From Leucoraja ocellata (taxonomy: Eukaryota), in the NCBI GenBank assembly GCA_036785375.1, contig JAWMAR010000077.1, forward strand, positions 1,674,001 to 1,738,000: DNA of 64,000 nucleotides, read 5' to 3'. The notes below the pieces were generated by a model. It made no database searches and was not told where the DNA came from. It was given only the letters and a program-made list of their open reading frames with translations. Position numbers and translations under genes: made by a program. This document shows, one piece after another, positions 62,041 through 64,000 of this stretch (positions are counted from its first letter, which is position 1; the number at the start of each line of letters is the position of its first letter).

Positions 62041-62754
62041 AGAGTTTGATAGGTACACTAATGTGTAAATGGGTTAAAACATTTTCACAATTAAGAGTGT
62101 CTTCGTTTTTTAATTTCCTTAGAGACTCGTTCCAAACCAGCTCAAGGGCTTAGAGAAATTCAGATTGATTTCAAGGAATTGTTTAAAAGAAAAAAAACAC
62201 TAGATTGGCCATGGTTGAATGGCAGAGTAGACACAATGGGCCGAATGGCCTAATTCTGCTCCTATGACATGAGATTTATATCATAGGCAACCCCATAGTC
62301 ATATTACTGATGGCACACTTGCATTAAGTATTTCGGACCAGAACATGCATGGCAGGCAAGATTGGGTGACCGCTCAGAAGCCGTTAATATTGGGGAAGTT
62401 AAACACTTGCTATTACAATCCGATTACATCTTTATGTAATTTGTCTATATATTTCCTGCTGACTGTTAGACCAATAGTACACCCTCAGCAAAGTGATTGC
62501 TTCTTTTTGATTATAAGTTCCACACATCTGGCCTCATGTCAAGACTTTTATCTATTATCTTCCCTCATTACTAGTCTAATGAACTTCTGATTCAAAATGT
62601 CACTGGGTCACCTCCACTTTTGCCCCTCTCAATTCAAACCACTCGCAAACAGAAAAATAAACGTTCTCATAAGGAACAGCAAACAAAGTGCTGGAGGAAC
62701 TCAGTGAGTTCCACTGTATCCACTATATCCAAATATCCACTAACTTTCCACCAC

Positions 62755-64000
62755 AGCCATCTGTGGCAATGAATTCCACAGATTCACCACCCTCTGACTA
62801 AAGAAATTCCTCTTCATCTCCTTTCAAAAGATATCCTGAGGCTATGGCCTCTGGTCCTAGACTCTCCCACTAGTGGAAACATCTTCTCCATATTCACTCT
62901 ATCCATGCCTTTCACTATTCGTCAAGTTTCAATGAGGTCCCACACATCCTTCTAAACTCCAGCGATTACTTGCTCAGTGCCTTCAAATGCTTATCATTTT
63001 TTTTACCCCAATCATTCCTGGAATAATTCTCGTAAACCTACTCTGGTCCCTCTCCAATGCCAGCACATCCTTCCTCACAAAACCGCTCACACTACTCCAA
63101 ATGCAGTCTGACCAGTGGTTTATAGAGCCTCAGCATTACACGCCTGTTTTTGTATTCTAGCCCTCTCTAAATAAATGCTGGCATAGCATTTGCCTTCCTT
63201 ACCACCAATTCGACTTGCAAATTACCTTATTGGGAATCTTGCACCAGCCCTCCTAAGATCCTTTGCACCTCAAATTTCTGAATTCTTTCCCCATTTAAAA
63301 AATAGTCTACGCCTATTTGCATGACTCCACACTTTGCTACTTTGTATTCCATCTGCCACTTCTCAGCGCACCCTCCCAATCTGCCTAAACGGCCTGTTCC
63401 ATTTTCACGACCAAATTCACGACCTCTGCTGAGTTTGCCCCGACTCATACTCGCAGCATGGTCGTCACAAGGTCGTAGCAGGTCATGATGCTAGTCGTAG
63501 GTACTCGTGGCTTCAAGTAGGTCGGGGTGTTTTTTCAACATGATGAAAAATGTCCACGAATAAAAATGGTTGTGAATTAGGTCGTGAAAGTGGGACAGGT
63601 CTTTCTGCAGAGTCCCTGCTTTCTCTACACTACCTGCACCTATCTTTGTATCATCTGAAAACTTGGCCACAAAGCTTTCAATTCCCTCATCCAAATCATT
63701 GATATATATTGAGAAGAGTAGTGACTCCAGCACTGACCCCCTGTGGAACACTGCTAGTCACTGGCAGCCAACCAGAAAAAGCCCCCTTTTTTGCCACCCT
63801 TTGTATTCTGCCACCCAGCCAACCTGCTAACCATGCTTGTATCTTCCCTCTGATACCACGGGCTCTCATCTTTAGCTGCCTCGCGTGTGGCACCTTATCA
63901 AAGGCCTTCTGAAAATCCAGGTGAACCACATCCACTGACTCTCCTTTATCTATTCTGCTATTTACTTCTTCAAAGAATTACAAAAGATTGGTCAAGCAAG
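62755..64000 (-). mobile_element. Decayed CR1 LINE running off the window
   Basis: VDVVHLDFQKAFDKVPH, KFSDDTK and W.MEYKVAKC motifs. Confidence 0.88.
63391..63601. mobile_element. Harbinger/Tourist-like MITE inside the CR1
   Basis: TIRs GGCCTGTTCCATTTTCACGACC / GGTCGTGAAAGTGGGACAGGTC; CR1 sequence resumes on both sides. Confidence 0.72.

Noticed and set aside
1-64000. CRISPR arrays, rRNA, true tRNA genes, prokaryotic operons
   Set aside because: None seen. tRNA-like A/B boxes belong to SINE heads, and recurring ~100-bp motifs are dispersed Penelope-derived repeats rather than spaced arrays.

Overview
This is vertebrate (eukaryotic) genomic DNA, most likely from a cartilaginous fish such as a skate or ray, inferred from its CR1/HER1-type LINEs, HE1-type SINEs and Penelope-derived repeats. 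The window holds the 3' end of a T-cell receptor gamma (TRG) locus on the + strand. This consists of three J segments with 12-bp-spacer RSSs (6202-6260, 7325-7381, 7537-7593) and a single three-exon C-gamma gene (10420-10737, 12564-12641, 14172-14305). Facing it convergently on the - strand is a complete STARD3NL/MENTHO gene: 7 coding exons at 45560..32742 encoding 231 aa, a non-coding first exon, and a CpG-island promoter near 58.6-59.05 kb. This is the same TRG-STARD3NL arrangement known from bony vertebrates. No intact V segment is visible. The rest is mostly decayed mobile DNA: a Gypsy LTR element with nested insertions, many CR1 pieces, a Tx1 LINE, Penelope fragments carrying hammerhead-like cores, hAT/Tigger/Harbinger-type MITEs, and a long foldback. 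There is also an intragenic duplication of STARD3NL exon 2 and one assembly gap (49781-49908). The most interesting leads are an in-frame internal splice donor that would delete the C-gamma interchain cysteine, an atypical Cys-containing J with a degenerate RSS, candidate STAT5 regulatory sites, and the hammerhead-like cores. All exon calls were made by eye from translation and splice signals, with no database search.
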